Shown one piece after another: positions 13,901 through 25,340 of a DNA stretch of 64,000 nt. Within the stretch, counting starts at the first letter, position 1, and each line of letters begins with the position of its first letter. The notes beneath the pieces were generated by a model. It made no database searches, was not told the DNA's origin, and was given only the letters and a program-made list of their open reading frames with translations. Source of the DNA: the human T2T-CHM13v2.0 reference genome, Homo sapiens. Where the stretch lies: the NCBI RefSeq assembly GCF_009914755.1, contig NC_060947.1; one strand, written 5' to 3'. The translations under genes were made by a program, and so were the position numbers.

Positions 13901-15154
13901 ACTAAATCCTTCTTCACAGGAATTTTTTAAGAAGGAGACTACTACAAGAGATGGCAAGATGTCACTCACTGAAGGTCTTGCAAACATGACAGATACTGAT
14001 TTAGCCAGTGTTGCTGCAGTCCTGTGTGGACTTGATGACCTCAGGATCAAATTGGGCTTGAAACCTTATATGTATATATATGGCTTTAAGCTACTTGCAC
14101 CCTAAAGTTACTCATTGGAATGGTGAGTTTGTAAAAGTTATGGAGGAGGGAAGAAAATTCTTTTGAGATAGGAGAGAAAATAAAGTGTTTTAAGACAGGA
14201 CTCACAATGTCAATCTGCTTTTGTCATTTATGATTTATCAGGATCAGTGTGACTGGCAAATTGAATCACGATACACAAGAAAAGTATCGACTATTTTCTC
14301 AGACTTAGCTGACTACACTCTTTTTTTTTTTGCACCGAAAGACTAAAGCCAAGTTCACATTTCTCTTAAAAATAAAAGCAGGAATTTTTAGAAGTGTTGC
14401 TCCTCATGAGGTGCTGACCTATTTAATTTTCAGGAAATGAGTGATTCACAATGCAAATGTCTGTGTATAGAATTCTGTTTTTCCAGTGACTTTCATGATC
14501 ATTTTGGAGATGTGTTCTGAAAAAAATCTTATAAATGAATTAAATGTGGCTCTCAGAATTCATATACCAGATGCTATTTTCTTCAATCCATATACTTTTT
14601 ATATGTCAGATTGTCCTATTTTATTTTTTTTTGCCATTGTGACCTTGGCTAGCTTTGCTGTGATTTGTTATGGCCTTACTCACGGAAGTTCTGAGGCTGA
14701 GCCCTTCCTATGTGAGGAGTATGACTGTACTTTTCAGTTTTTCTCTCATTGGTCTCTAGGTTTTTGGCTGCTGCTTTGGGATGTTGCTCATTGCTCTCCT
14801 TTTTTGTTCTGGGCCCTACAAGTCATTCTAGGTCGCTTTTCTCAACCTATAAATTAAATAAATTTCAAGTGTTCCTGTATGTGATATGACCCCCCTTGAG
14901 ACTGGGAGTCCAGGTGGGGCATGGGAGATGCTCCCCCTTTCCTTCTGTATTGGCGCTCACTGATCTTGCTGCAAGAAATGATGACATTCCAAAAGTTAGA
15001 GTTTGGCAGAATGAGTTGAATAAGACCGAGTCAACTTAGACAGCTATCAAGGGCCAAGGCAAGCCACAGGGTTGAAGGACACTATCATCCTTCTCAAAGC
15101 GTTTGCACTTGTTTCCCCTGCCTGGAACACCCTTCGCTCAGTTATTTTCATGAT

Positions 15155-15670
15155 TGTCATGAACTCTAAAGAACCTGAGATTTGACCCTGCTTTCAAGCT
15201 AACAAGTTAGCCTGCCACAGTGCCATGGATGCTGGCAGAAGATCTGTGACTCCTGGGTCAGAGATGAATGACTTTATTATTCACAGCAATAGTAGTATTC
15301 AGAGGATCAGAATCTTCTTTGGCTGTTTCCCTGAGTCCCTGTTCCCACAAGGAGATACGAAGAGGGCCAGGTGACACCAAAACTTGCAGTGGGTTGTCTT
15401 ATAGGAGAGGAACCCCGAGATTAGGAAATGTGAGTCACCTAAAATGGGCAGTAAGCATGGCTGCCCTTTCCTCCAGAGGGGAGGTACTGTTTTTATTATA
15501 CTGGACAGTAAGTTAATCTTCTGTTTACTTTGCAGAGAGACATCTCTACTTTCCATAGATGTTTGCTAGATAAACATCCTTGAAAAGCTATTCAGAACAA
15601 AGGCAGCCAGTGCTTCCACTCCTAAATTGCACAAAAATGCAAGAGACCTGTAGAGAATTGTATCCTAACA
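15155..15670 (-). mobile_element. ERVL solo LTR (LTR40-like) inserted in an L2
   Basis: TG...CA termini; 5-bp TSD atgat/atgac; minus strand begins tgttaggatacaattctctacaggtctcttgcattt. Confidence 0.7.
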
Positions 15671-15965
15671 ATGACTTTCTCTCTCTCTTCTTTTGGGTCT
15701 TTGTTCAAATGTCACCTTGTTAATGAAGCTTACTTTGAGCTTCTTATATCAAATAGCCACTTATGATCACTTATATAAAATAACTCCTAATCATCATTGG
15801 AATACTAAACTGTGTGTACTTAGTTTTTTGTTGTTCTTGTCTGTAAGCTGTAAGCTCTGTGATGGTAGAGACTTTCTCTGTTGTATTCACTGCTGTATCA
15901 CGAGAGCCTAAGCACAATGCCTGGTACACAGTACACATCAAACATTCGATGAGTAAATGAACGAA
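15671..15965 (+). mobile_element. L2 LINE 3' end (continues from about 15085-15154)
   Basis: ctgtaagctctgtgatggtagagac...agcacaatgcctggtacacagta...gagtaaatgaacgaat. Confidence 0.75.
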
Positions 15966-16287
15966 TCAGTGCAGCACCCCCAGTCAAGAAGATTATTAAA
16001 AAGGTCTATTTTTACTTTCCAAAAATAAAATTATATATATTAAGCATGCTTTGCCTCAGTCTGTAATCTGCCTGCCCCAGCTCTGGCTGGGGAGCACTGT
16101 TCTAAGCATCCAATTCTGTCTTGACTACTGGCTTTCTGGCCTTCCCCTGGGACTGGGCTGCTCCTCTGTGCATACTCCCTCCTGCGCTCTTGTCAAGCTC
16201 CAAATCCTGGCTTCTTCCCTTGCGATCTTTTATCTGTCATTTCCTTATGTCCCAACACAGACCGTGGCAACCGTTTTAAAAATCAGC

Positions 16288-16488
16288 CAGTGGTGCGCTG
16301 GTAAATTGGTTTCCTGAATAAGAGCTCTGATTTGTAGTGTTTGCTGATTTCCATGGTGTAAATTTCCATGGTGTAAAAAGCCTCTCACTGTGGCTGATTT
16401 CAAGATACCAATGGTTTAACAACTGGCTTGCAAAATTCGTGAGTATTGGCCCTCACAAGCTGGTGGGAGCCGGCTCCAGCATGCCATC
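16288..16488 (-). mobile_element. MER63 (hAT-Blackjack) DNA transposon
   Basis: Terminal inverted repeat cagtggtgcgctgg...ccggctccagcatgcca; internal ctgatttgtagtgtttgctgatttcc. Confidence 0.8.
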
Positions 16489-16646
16489 ATTGTAAGAAAG
16501 TAACATAGATGTAGTATCAGGGTTATTTCTTACTTGGCACAATAACATAAAGGTTTAAAGAAAAAACAAAGTCCATGGATCAAGAGAATCCCTTACTCTG
16601 AACTGGGTTTCTCATAACTTACTCCTTATTCTCATATCCTCTATTC

Positions 16647-16830
16647 CAGTGTTTCTCACACTGCAGCAGGCATCAGATACCCTGAAGGACTTTTAAAAAT
16701 AGGTAACTGTCTCCTCCGACCCCAGAATTTCTGGGTAGGTCTAGATGGGTGGGGCCTGAGAATTTGCATCTCTAACAAGTTCCCAGGTGATGATGCTGTG
16801 GATTCTGGGACCACACTTTGAGAGCTACTA
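16647..16830 (-). mobile_element. MER5A (hAT-Charlie MITE)
   Basis: gaatttgcatctctaacaagttcccaggtgatg...gggaccacactttgaga. Confidence 0.85.
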
Positions 16831-18243
16831 CCCTCACCTGCAAAACACTTTGCTCAAAGTCTGTTTCCAAGTGCTATGTGGAAGAGGCAAATTTTGTAAA
16901 TAAACAATATATCTGGACCAAAGAGGGAAAAAGCCACAAATCAAAGAAAAAAAATAAATTAAAAATGTAGTTATAAAAGAACTAATAGATGGGAGTGCTA
17001 AGTGACTAAAGCTGATTGCTATAGGTCTTAGAGAGAAAAGTGAGTTTCTGGGTGTGCATGAAGAAATCATCTTTCAGTTTATAAGTCTGCTATAGCTAAT
17101 TTTATAGTATTGGATTTCTGAAAGATGAGGTCGAGCTGGAAATCGTTCTGATGAGGGCATGAATCTTGAGGCTTGCTGGGTATCCTCTCTTTAGATGAAA
17201 CCGAGCACTAGATCACTTATTTAAAGGCCTGCATCTCAAGCAACCTTGAAAAAAATTATTTACCCATTACCATGTGGTACTCGTGCAAATAAGAGGGCTT
17301 GGGCAAAGAGAGAACACTTAACCTTGATTAGATGGGACATATTAGCTTCCTGAAATTTTCTCACCTGTTTAAGCAGCTCTCAATCACAAATCCTGACAGG
17401 ATAGACACTCATTGTAGGAAGGATTAACAGGGCTCAGCTAAACCCAAGGGGTGTCACACTTATCCTAGATCTCCAAGGCCATGTATGGTTCTCTGTATTT
17501 CTCCAAGATCCACTTGCAAAGGCCCTGTATGGTGGCCTCTCCCTTTGCAATTCTCCAGGTGGACGATACTGTAAGACATACTATTCAGAGCCTGGCATCT
17601 TTGCAACCAGTTTAACACCAGGACTGGTTAATTTGTGGACGACAGGGCAATACAAGATAGGAACGTGATTTGACAGGGGATTCTCATGGAACAGGATGGC
17701 AGGAAATGTCAATTTTTCCGGAGTTCAACTGTTTTGTTGTTTGTTAGGGACCAAACCTGTCTTTGGCACTCAAGCACACTTTGACAAGCTTTATTTGAAA
17801 GAGGTAGGGAGGAAAGATAGTTCTTTATCAGACATCTCCTAGGCACAATAGCCTAGAGGAAGAAGAGAGGCCAAACCTCTGCTGGGGTTTCTGTTTCTAT
17901 GCTCTACTTCGGAAAATCATATAGATTACTCTAGGGATTTCTCTGTGATATCTGCAATTCAATGAGGCCTCTTTCCTCCTGTTTGCTTAATGTAATCACC
18001 AGCCTTTATCTAGCCCAAAAAGTTGCTTTACTTTTTCTGGAGGAACTGAACACCAGGGGATTGGAGGATGTTGGGCCTCCCGGAGGAAGGCATTTAACTT
18101 TTATCTGAGGGATCTGTAGCCTCCATTATGATCTGGACATGTCTCTTTAGGTCAGAGGATGCTCTGGTGCAGGATAGTTTCAGTCACCTTTTAGATTGAA
18201 CTGTTAGCAATGCGAATGGGTTGTACTTAACAATGCCTGCCCT

Positions 18244-18445
18244 GGTAGTTCTCAAAGTGTGGTCCTGGGATCACCGGTAGCAGCAGCAGCAGCAGCATCC
18301 TTGGGAACTTGTTAGAAGTACAAGTTTTTGAGCCCCACCCCAGATCTGCTGGATCAGAAACTCTGGGGCTGTGGTCCAGCAACACGCACTTGAACAAGTC
18401 CTCCAGGGGATCCTGATGCATGCCAAAGTTTTTTGAGAACCATAG
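18244..18445 (+). mobile_element. MER5A with an expanded (CAG)6 tract
   Basis: gttctcaaagtgtggtcctggga...gggaacttgttagaa...tttgagaacca. Confidence 0.88.
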
Positions 18446-19034
18446 GCCTTTGCAAACTTTATCTCCTAAAGGTTTTCTGTAGCAGCAGACAGCAGTAGCT
18501 TGAGGCATCTGGATGAGCTGTTTGTTGGCAGCCATCCTTTACACTCTTTTTGCAATTTAAATAATGCTCATTTCTTCTCTGGCATCTCTGCGTAATGATA
18601 AAGTGGCATTCTGGCTGTTGAAAAGGTAAGCGAAACTGTTTCTTGGTAAGTGTAGATATAAAGGCATGTACAAAAAGGGAGACAAGCTCTTTAGTATCCA
18701 TCTTGTAGCTACTCTGATTGTGTGGCTGGAGCATTCACTCTGATTAACTCTCCCCTCCTCTCCAAATCAGAACATTTCATGTCTATTATTATACACCCTT
18801 TAAATTGGTTTGGAATCCCAGCCTGTGCTTTGCAGAATGTTTTGTGACTGCAACATGGTGGCAGGGCCTTGTTTCTGCTGTGTCCTTTGGATTTGGATTG
18901 TCCTATGAACAAACGACAAGGAGCATAAGCAGTTAGAGTCAAAGGCTCACCAAGCCCCATGTAAAGTTATTTTCTTAAAGGTCAGACCACTGTCCATTTT
19001 GTGAACGTTAATACACACTGGAGAAATGCTGGCC

Positions 19035-19049
19035 TTGGCTGCAGGCCAA
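19035..19049. promoter_or_regulatory. perfect NFI full site TTGGC-N5-GCCAA
   Basis: ttggc tgcag gccaa in non-repeat sequence; motif match only. Confidence 0.4.
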
Positions 19050-19130
19050 GCCATCCCGGCATTTAGGATACATTTGAGGGTATTCATAACTTTTCTTTTT
19101 CTTATGAGAATCTAACAGGCCAGATATATA

Positions 19131-19345
19131 CAGATGGTCCCCGACTTAAGATGGTTCCACTTACGGTTTCTCAACTTCATGATGGTGTGAGAATGAGATG
19201 CATTCAGTACACTCCTTGACTCATGATGGGGCTACATCTGGATAAACCTGTGGTTAAGTTGAAAATACTATTAAGTGAAAGATGCACTTTCTACTTGCAA
19301 TGGGTTTATCAGGACACAACCCTCTCAAAAAATGAGGAACATTTG
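19131..19345. mobile_element. Tigger5/MER47-family Tc1-mariner MITE
   Basis: TA|cagatggtccccgactta...tgaggaacatttg|TA termini with TA duplication. Confidence 0.75.
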
Positions 19346-19449
19346 TAATTAATGATAATGTTAAAGTACAATTTTCGTGGTCTGGAAAGTGGGCCAGGCT
19401 ACTAAAGAAAAGAAATACTTTTTGGAAGAGATGTACGTTGAGACGAGAT

Positions 19450-19640
19450 TTACTTAACCACTATGCCATTGTGAGCAAGTTACTGAACCTGTTTAAGCCT
19501 TAGTTTCCTTATCTGAAAAGTGGGTATAATATAGGGATCTACATCTTAGGGTTGTTGTGAAAACCAAGTGAAATTCTGAATGTAAAGTACTTAGCAGAGT
19601 GTCAGCAATCATGAATGTGCTCAGTAATTGGGAGCCACTT
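19450..19640 (+). mobile_element. MIR SINE
   Basis: gcaagttactgaacctgtttaagccttagtttccttatctgaaaagtggg...tgtaaagtacttagca. Confidence 0.8.
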
Positions 19641-19666
19641 AAAATTTATACATGTGGATGTGACTT

Positions 19667-19800
19667 TACACACACACATGCACACACATATACATTCGTA
19701 AACACTCACATGTATATGATCTTGCATGTATACATACATATATACATGCATATACATACATATAAAATGGACATATGAACAGACATATATATTAATATAT
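19667..19800. repeat. (CA/TACA/TA)n low-complexity tract
   Basis: Alternating purine-pyrimidine tract. Confidence 0.75.
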
Positions 19801-20339
19801 GGCCAAATGACTGGCTATTCCATGTATTGGAATGATCAGGTCAAGGTATACCTCAAACCATTCCTTTCCCTCTCTGCACACACCTTTCCCTGTCATTGTC
19901 ACATTTGCCTTAAGGCAATCATCCTCATTAAAACACTAATGTCCTTGGGATTGGTCTCTCTCTACCCATCTGAGCTTCACTGTGATGTGGGGTAGGGGAG
20001 TGGGATGGGACATTCAGAGCACCAGGCTCTGAGGGCACAGTGGCTGTAGGAAAGCATTTGAGAACAGGAGTGGGATATGGAAGCAGATTCCAGTTGGTGC
20101 TTGCCTCCCTCAAAGTGTGCTCAGGACTGTCACAGAGTGGAGGGGAGGCCACTTTGTCCTGGTGGTACATGTTGACTCTCAGCATGATTATTTCTCTGTC
20201 TCTTAGAATCTTGTCCTTCACATCTTTGGACATGGGTCTTCAGTTGTCCGAGCAGGGGAATGTACGTGGAGTTGGCAGAGACCTCTGATCTAGCCCCTGC
20301 TTGCCTCACCAGCCTTGGCCAGTTTCACGCTCCCCTTTG

Positions 20340-20650
20340 CTCTCTGTGCTCCTACATCATGCATCCTATTTCAAGATGGTACATTTTCTCTAAACTCAGA
20401 GCCCTTGCACATGCTGGTTTTTTTTCTGCTTGGAATACTCTTCTCACACTCCTGGCCTACCTATGTTTTACCCTTCAGGCATTAGCTCAAATATCACTTC
20501 CTTAAGGAGACTTCACTGGCCTCTTCCAGATTAGGCTTGTGTCTCTACCATGTGCCCTGTAGTACTTTGTCCTACATTTTGACCCTTATATCCCCAGAGC
20601 TTAACACAGTGCTTAGCACATAGTATGTGTTACTATTTGCTCTTGAATAA
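20340..20650 (+). mobile_element. L2 LINE 3' fragment
   Basis: gcccttgcacatgctg...ctgcttggaatactctt...tatccccagagcttaacacagtgcttagcacatag. Confidence 0.7.
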
Positions 20651-21774
20651 GGAAGTGTTATGTGGATAGCGAGAGTTGAGAGGAGGGAGAAAGAAACTAA
20701 CAATGGATTCATTTATTCACCTCTTCTAATTCCTGGTTAAAATTTATTCCTGGACCCCTAGGATGGAAGCTGCTTACAGAAAGGAAACTGCTACAGTTAG
20801 AAAAAGAAATAAAAAGGTATCTTCACAGTTTATGTGAATTTCTTTACTTTCTTTCAAATTCTATGGCATGACAAGAGTCTCTTATCCTATCAGCCCCAGG
20901 GGCTTAAATTGTTAGCTTGTGACTCTGTGAAATGTATCTTCCCCATAAGCTCAGTTGCAAAATGGGTACTTTATAAATCTTAGAAATAAACACACACTTT
21001 ACCTTTTCCATCTTAGTAGGTGGGAGCACCAAGAATTTCTGGGGATTTGAACATTTCTTTCACAATACTGTGCAGGAAGTGGTTTATCATTTTACTTTGC
21101 ATTGATGTTCCTGGTAATAACATTCGCATACTTCAGATGGGTGTAATTGTTTAGCTGTCACCCCCAAACTTAGTCATACCATTGATCTGACATCAGAAAG
21201 TACTTATCCTATTGATCTAGTGTCAGATGGGTGGGATAATATTAATAATGGGCTTTGATTGACATCTTGAGTTGACAGATTATCAAGTCACATTTTCCCA
21301 CAGCCAAACTGCTGACAGGCTTGGAACTTTTCCTTGCCTACACAGATCCCCTTGACCTTTAACTTATTGTTACATGTGCTAAATCCAGTACTCATTTAAT
21401 GGCACTGGGAATGCTCCCAATTCAGCTTATTTCCAATGCACAGATGGAGAATCTAGAATGATCTAAACTTAGCTGAGAGCATCACACGTAACAGGTAAAC
21501 AACAAATATTTGTTGAATGGATGAATAAGTGAATTCAGATGTATGGCTTGTGTACTGAGAAGGGTGGTCAGGGTTGGTCAGGTGACACTGATCATGGTAT
21601 CTCAGGCATTCGGAGATAGATTGTCACAGCAGCTGGGACCAGCCCGCAACAGCCATGACAAATATTCCGGGTCAGCTGGGGCACTGACCAGAATAAGAAG
21701 GGTAGGCAGGCCCTTGTGTGGCTTGAAATCAGGGGTGTCTGGGAGGAATCCATAGCCCCTTAATTCTGTGGTTG

Positions 21775-21937
21775 AAGGGCTTGTTCCATGCTGTGTTCCT
21801 GGACCAGCAGCATCAGCATCTCCAGGGAGCCTGTGGGAAATGTAAATTTTCTGCCTTCACCCTAGTTCTACTGAATCAGAATCTGCATTTCTAACAAGAT
21901 CACCGGGTGATTCTCATTAAAGTTTGAGACGCACTGG
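21775..21937 (+). mobile_element. MER5A1/MER5-family MITE
   Basis: ggaccagcagcatcagcatc...ctactgaatcagaatctgcatttctaacaagat...aaagtttgagacgcactg. Confidence 0.8.
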
Positions 21938-22341
21938 TTTAAGAGTTTCATCCCTCCTCAGATGCAAATGGTTTGAAGCAAAATCCTTCCTAGGACTGCA
22001 GGAGTTTAGATTCTAGGTCTTCTGTTCTTAACCTCCACATCCGACCTTTAGAAGGTAAGAGTTCTTAGCTGTAAGCAACAGAAACATTCTAATAAGTGAT
22101 TTATTAGAAAGGCTATTGCATAGCTCTCAGAATGACTGAGAAGGATGCGGAACCAGGCTGAGAAACTGAAACAAGCCTGCTAGTTAGCTAGGACCTCAGC
22201 CCAAACAACACCATAGAACCGGTTTGGCAGGGACATTGCTGCCACTGTCACTGAGGCCACAGATGTCACCGCGAGGCAGTAGGATGTTGTATTCTGAAGA
22301 CAGCTTGTGAAGGCCAGTTGCCTGCCTCTCTTCCCATTCTG

Positions 22342-22470
22342 CAGTCACTGATGTGTAGTCCATTTGGAAGCTTGAAATCAGCTGTGGTGGGAGTTTTTAC
22401 AACCCAGAAATCAGCAAATGCTACAAATCAGGGCTTTGTTTTTGAGAGTTGGTTTATCAGCACACCATTG
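22342..22470 (+). mobile_element. MER63 fragment
   Basis: agcttgaaatcagctgtggtgggagtttttac...gctacaaatcagggct...cagcacaccattg. Confidence 0.75.
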
Positions 22471-22628
22471 CACTGAGTCCATTGCTGGTACCACTGGCCC
22501 TGCTTGTCCTGGAAACCGGATGTTGCTGCTATAACTGATGTTAAGATTGGTATTTACCTGTCCCCCGCAACCTCTTTGTTTTTGGTATTGCTAGCCTGAG
22601 GAAACTGTCATGTGACCTGAGTCTAGAT

Positions 22629-22985
22629 CAGTGTTTCCTATCTTTGGCTGCACAATGGAATTACCTGGAGAATTTAAAAAATTGCTAATGCTTGGCTTCC
22701 AATCCCAGAAATTCAGACTTAATTTGTTTGGTGAGGGATTACCGAAATGCGGTTCCTGGACCAGCAGCATAACTTGGGAACTTGTCAGAAATGTAAATTC
22801 TTGGGCCCCACTCCAGGCCCTGCTGCATCAGAAACTCTAGAGGTGAGGTCTAGCGATTTGTGTTGTAGTAAGTGCCCCAGCTGGTTCTGATGGAGCTAAA
22901 GTCCAGTCTGGGGGTGAGGTTTGGGCATCTGGACTTTAAAAAATTCACAGGTCATTGAAAAGTGCAGCCAGCATTGAAAACCAGA
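22629..22985. mobile_element. MER5B with a MER5A nested in its centre (about 22733-22905)
   Basis: MER5B left arm (tggctgcacaatggaattacctgg), a MER5A body, then MER5B right arm (gtgcagccagcattgaaaacca). Confidence 0.75.
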
Positions 22986-23231
22986 CGGTTAATAGTTTAT
23001 TAAGGGGCTCTATGTGTCTGCCCTCACTTACAGGGAATGTGGCTGGTTTAAGCCAGTGGGCAGAGGCATACCCATAGGATGGTAGGCTGGGATTCAACAG
23101 GATCTGAGATCTGCATTTGTGGTGAAGATCAGTACATTCCAGTTTGGATTCTCAGAAGTCAAACATGGGCCATCTAATGGAACTCTTGTAGGATTGTCAG
23201 TAGAGAACTGCTATTGGAAAGTGTTTCACCT

Positions 23232-23410
23232 AGTAGTTTCCGAACACTGCGACCCTCAGTTCAGAACCACCTGGGGTACATTGTTAGAATGTAGATTCTC
23301 AGGTCCCACCTCATACTGAATCAGATTCTGGGGGACGGGGTGGGTAGAGTCTGGACATCTATTAAACAAGTTCCCTTCACCACTCTTGGCAACACATTTT
23401 GAACGGCTGA
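23232..23410 (+). mobile_element. MER5-family MITE
   Basis: cacctggggtacattgttagaatgtagattctcaggtcccacctcatactgaatcaga. Confidence 0.7.
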
Positions 23411-23889
23411 ATTAGTCTGGGTAGGAGGAGGGATTGACAATGATTTCGGTAAACCCAAGTGGGGCACTTTTGGTCAGGGGCTGATTCTGTGAACTGCTCA
23501 TAAAGTCCTGACAAAAATAAAAGCTGACTAGGTTCTAACAAACTACTGAAAAGCAAGCAGAAAAGTTGGGAATTCTAGATGAACCTTCAACATGTCCCTG
23601 GGTTTGAAAACGGTGAAAAGCTATACAAATGGGGAATCTTTTGGATCTCTTTCCTAAGTGCATTTGACCTTGTGTTAAGATAAGAGGGGACAGAAATGTA
23701 AAGAAGCAACTTCATTTTTATTTCAAGTTTTATTGGGTTCAGTATAATGTGTCATTAATGTTTAAATTCTGGCAACTTTTGGATAATAGAAACTGGTTGC
23801 AAGACTCATTGGAGAAGGTTGTATTGGGTAGATCTTATCACTGTTTTAAGATTAGCAACAATACAGCTCTAATTTCGAAAGAATTGTGT

Positions 23890-24050
23890 GCTCTCTGAGA
23901 GTTTTGGGAGACAGGTATATTTATCCCCATTTCACAGCAAAGGAAGTCGAGAAATTGAGTAAATTGTTTGTACTTTTAAGTGGTGAACCTGGGATATGAA
24001 CGTAGGGTTTGTTTGTTTCAAATAAATTTTAAGCTCGGAATTTCCTCTCT
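23890..24050 (-). mobile_element. MIR SINE
   Basis: ttatccccatttcacagcaaaggaagtcgag...gaacctgggatatgaac. Confidence 0.6.
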
Positions 24051-24479
24051 ATGCGTTTTTGTGATTGAGGAAAAAAAATAACATTGGAATTTTTTTTGTA
24101 GCAAGTTGGTGAAAAACCACTATAGGAAGGAACAAAGGCAGAAGGTAGACAGTAAAGGCGAGCTAGGTGATCAGAAGGCCAAATGAGGTTATTTTGTTCT
24201 TAAGTAGTTTAAGCAGAGTCAATAAACCATCAGTGGCTGTGAAGGAGACAAGCTGACAGCTGAGGAAGTAATCCTGGATGTAGTTTTAATGCTAACTGGC
24301 TCCTGGTCCCTGGAGGTGTAAAGTCCAAGACAGTTTCAGGGTGAGTTAGATTGACTAAGGCCTGGGGAAGGAATCATGTCTAGATTAAGCAGTGATTGGT
24401 CACGCTTGAAAGGTATGAAAAAATGAAGAAATTTAAAAAGCGAGGCTTTAAAGTTTGAGAAGTTTTATTTGACATATTG

Positions 24480-24630
24480 CTTTCTCTGTGAGGGAAGTAA
24501 GACAAGTATGATTTTATTTTATAGAGAGGAAACCGAGGCTTAAGAAAGTTCTGGAATTTACCCAAGATCCTGGAGATGATAGAGTAGCAGAGCGGACTAG
24601 AATCTTCTGACTCTTTCTCTTATACCACAG
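24480..24630 (-). mobile_element. MIR SINE
   Basis: attttatagagaggaaaccgaggcttaag...tttacccaagatc. Confidence 0.7.
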
Positions 24631-24724
24631 TACCTAAATATATGTGGGGATTTGTAAATAATAAAATCTTATTATGAATTATGTATTTCTTTTATATTAA
24701 TTGGTACTAATAATGGTTAATACT

Positions 24725-24865
24725 TAGGCTTAGTGATTTAAAGAACTGTTTATTGATGCCTGGGTCCTAGCTAAGAAATCCTGATTTAGCTGATCTGAGA
24801 TGTGGCCTGGGACTTGGGACTTTTAAAAGGTGATCCTGATGCGCAATAAAGTAAGAACTACTGGA
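24725..24865. mobile_element. MER5B fragment
   Basis: tgatgcctgggtcc...ctgatttagctgatctgagatgtggcctggg...ggtgatcctgatgcgca...gaactactg. Confidence 0.6.
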
Positions 24866-25194
24866 CTGGAAAATTCTCCCTCTCTTGCTTTATTATCTTG
24901 CCCTTGCTCTCTTTTGGGAACATTTTTGGGAACATGAGGCCATAGACAAAGCACCCTCATTAATCTGTTAGCATAACAGCAGGCCAGGGAGTAGCCTGGC
25001 AAACACATGTAAATGGGAAACATAAATTCCACACTCAGTCAAGTTTGGAGGTTATCATCTTTCATTCATCCAGAGACCTTCCCGAGCCCGTCCTAGCTAA
25101 AGACCTAATGCTGGCTAATTCCTGCCATCCTCAAAGGGGCTTTTATTTGTTCCTTAGTGGATAAAATAAGAAATTGTTCTTGAATTTTTATAAA

Positions 25195-25340
25195 TATGTT
25201 TGTGCTTCAGTCTCAGCACCTGCCAAACAGGGATAACAACAACCTCTTAATGCTAGTGGGAAAGTTAGATGGGATAAGTTTTTATATAGCACGTAGAACA
25301 CTTCCTGGCACAAAAAGTAGCTCTTTTCTAAGTGCTGGGT
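25195..25340 (+). mobile_element. MIR SINE fragment
   Basis: tgtgcttcagtctcagcacctgccaaacagggataacaac...tagaacacttcctggcaca. Confidence 0.55.

Larger units (their letters stand above)
22055..23110 (-). mobile_element. old MLT1 (K/L/M-like) LTR hosting nested MER63 and MER5 insertions
   Basis: gttcttagctgtaagcaacagaaac...gatttattagaaagg; LTR sequence resumes after the inserted elements. Confidence 0.45.

Noticed and set aside
18279-18297. (CAG)6 as a polyglutamine or disease repeat
   Set aside because: Short, non-coding, and an extension of the MER5A cagcagcatcagc motif.
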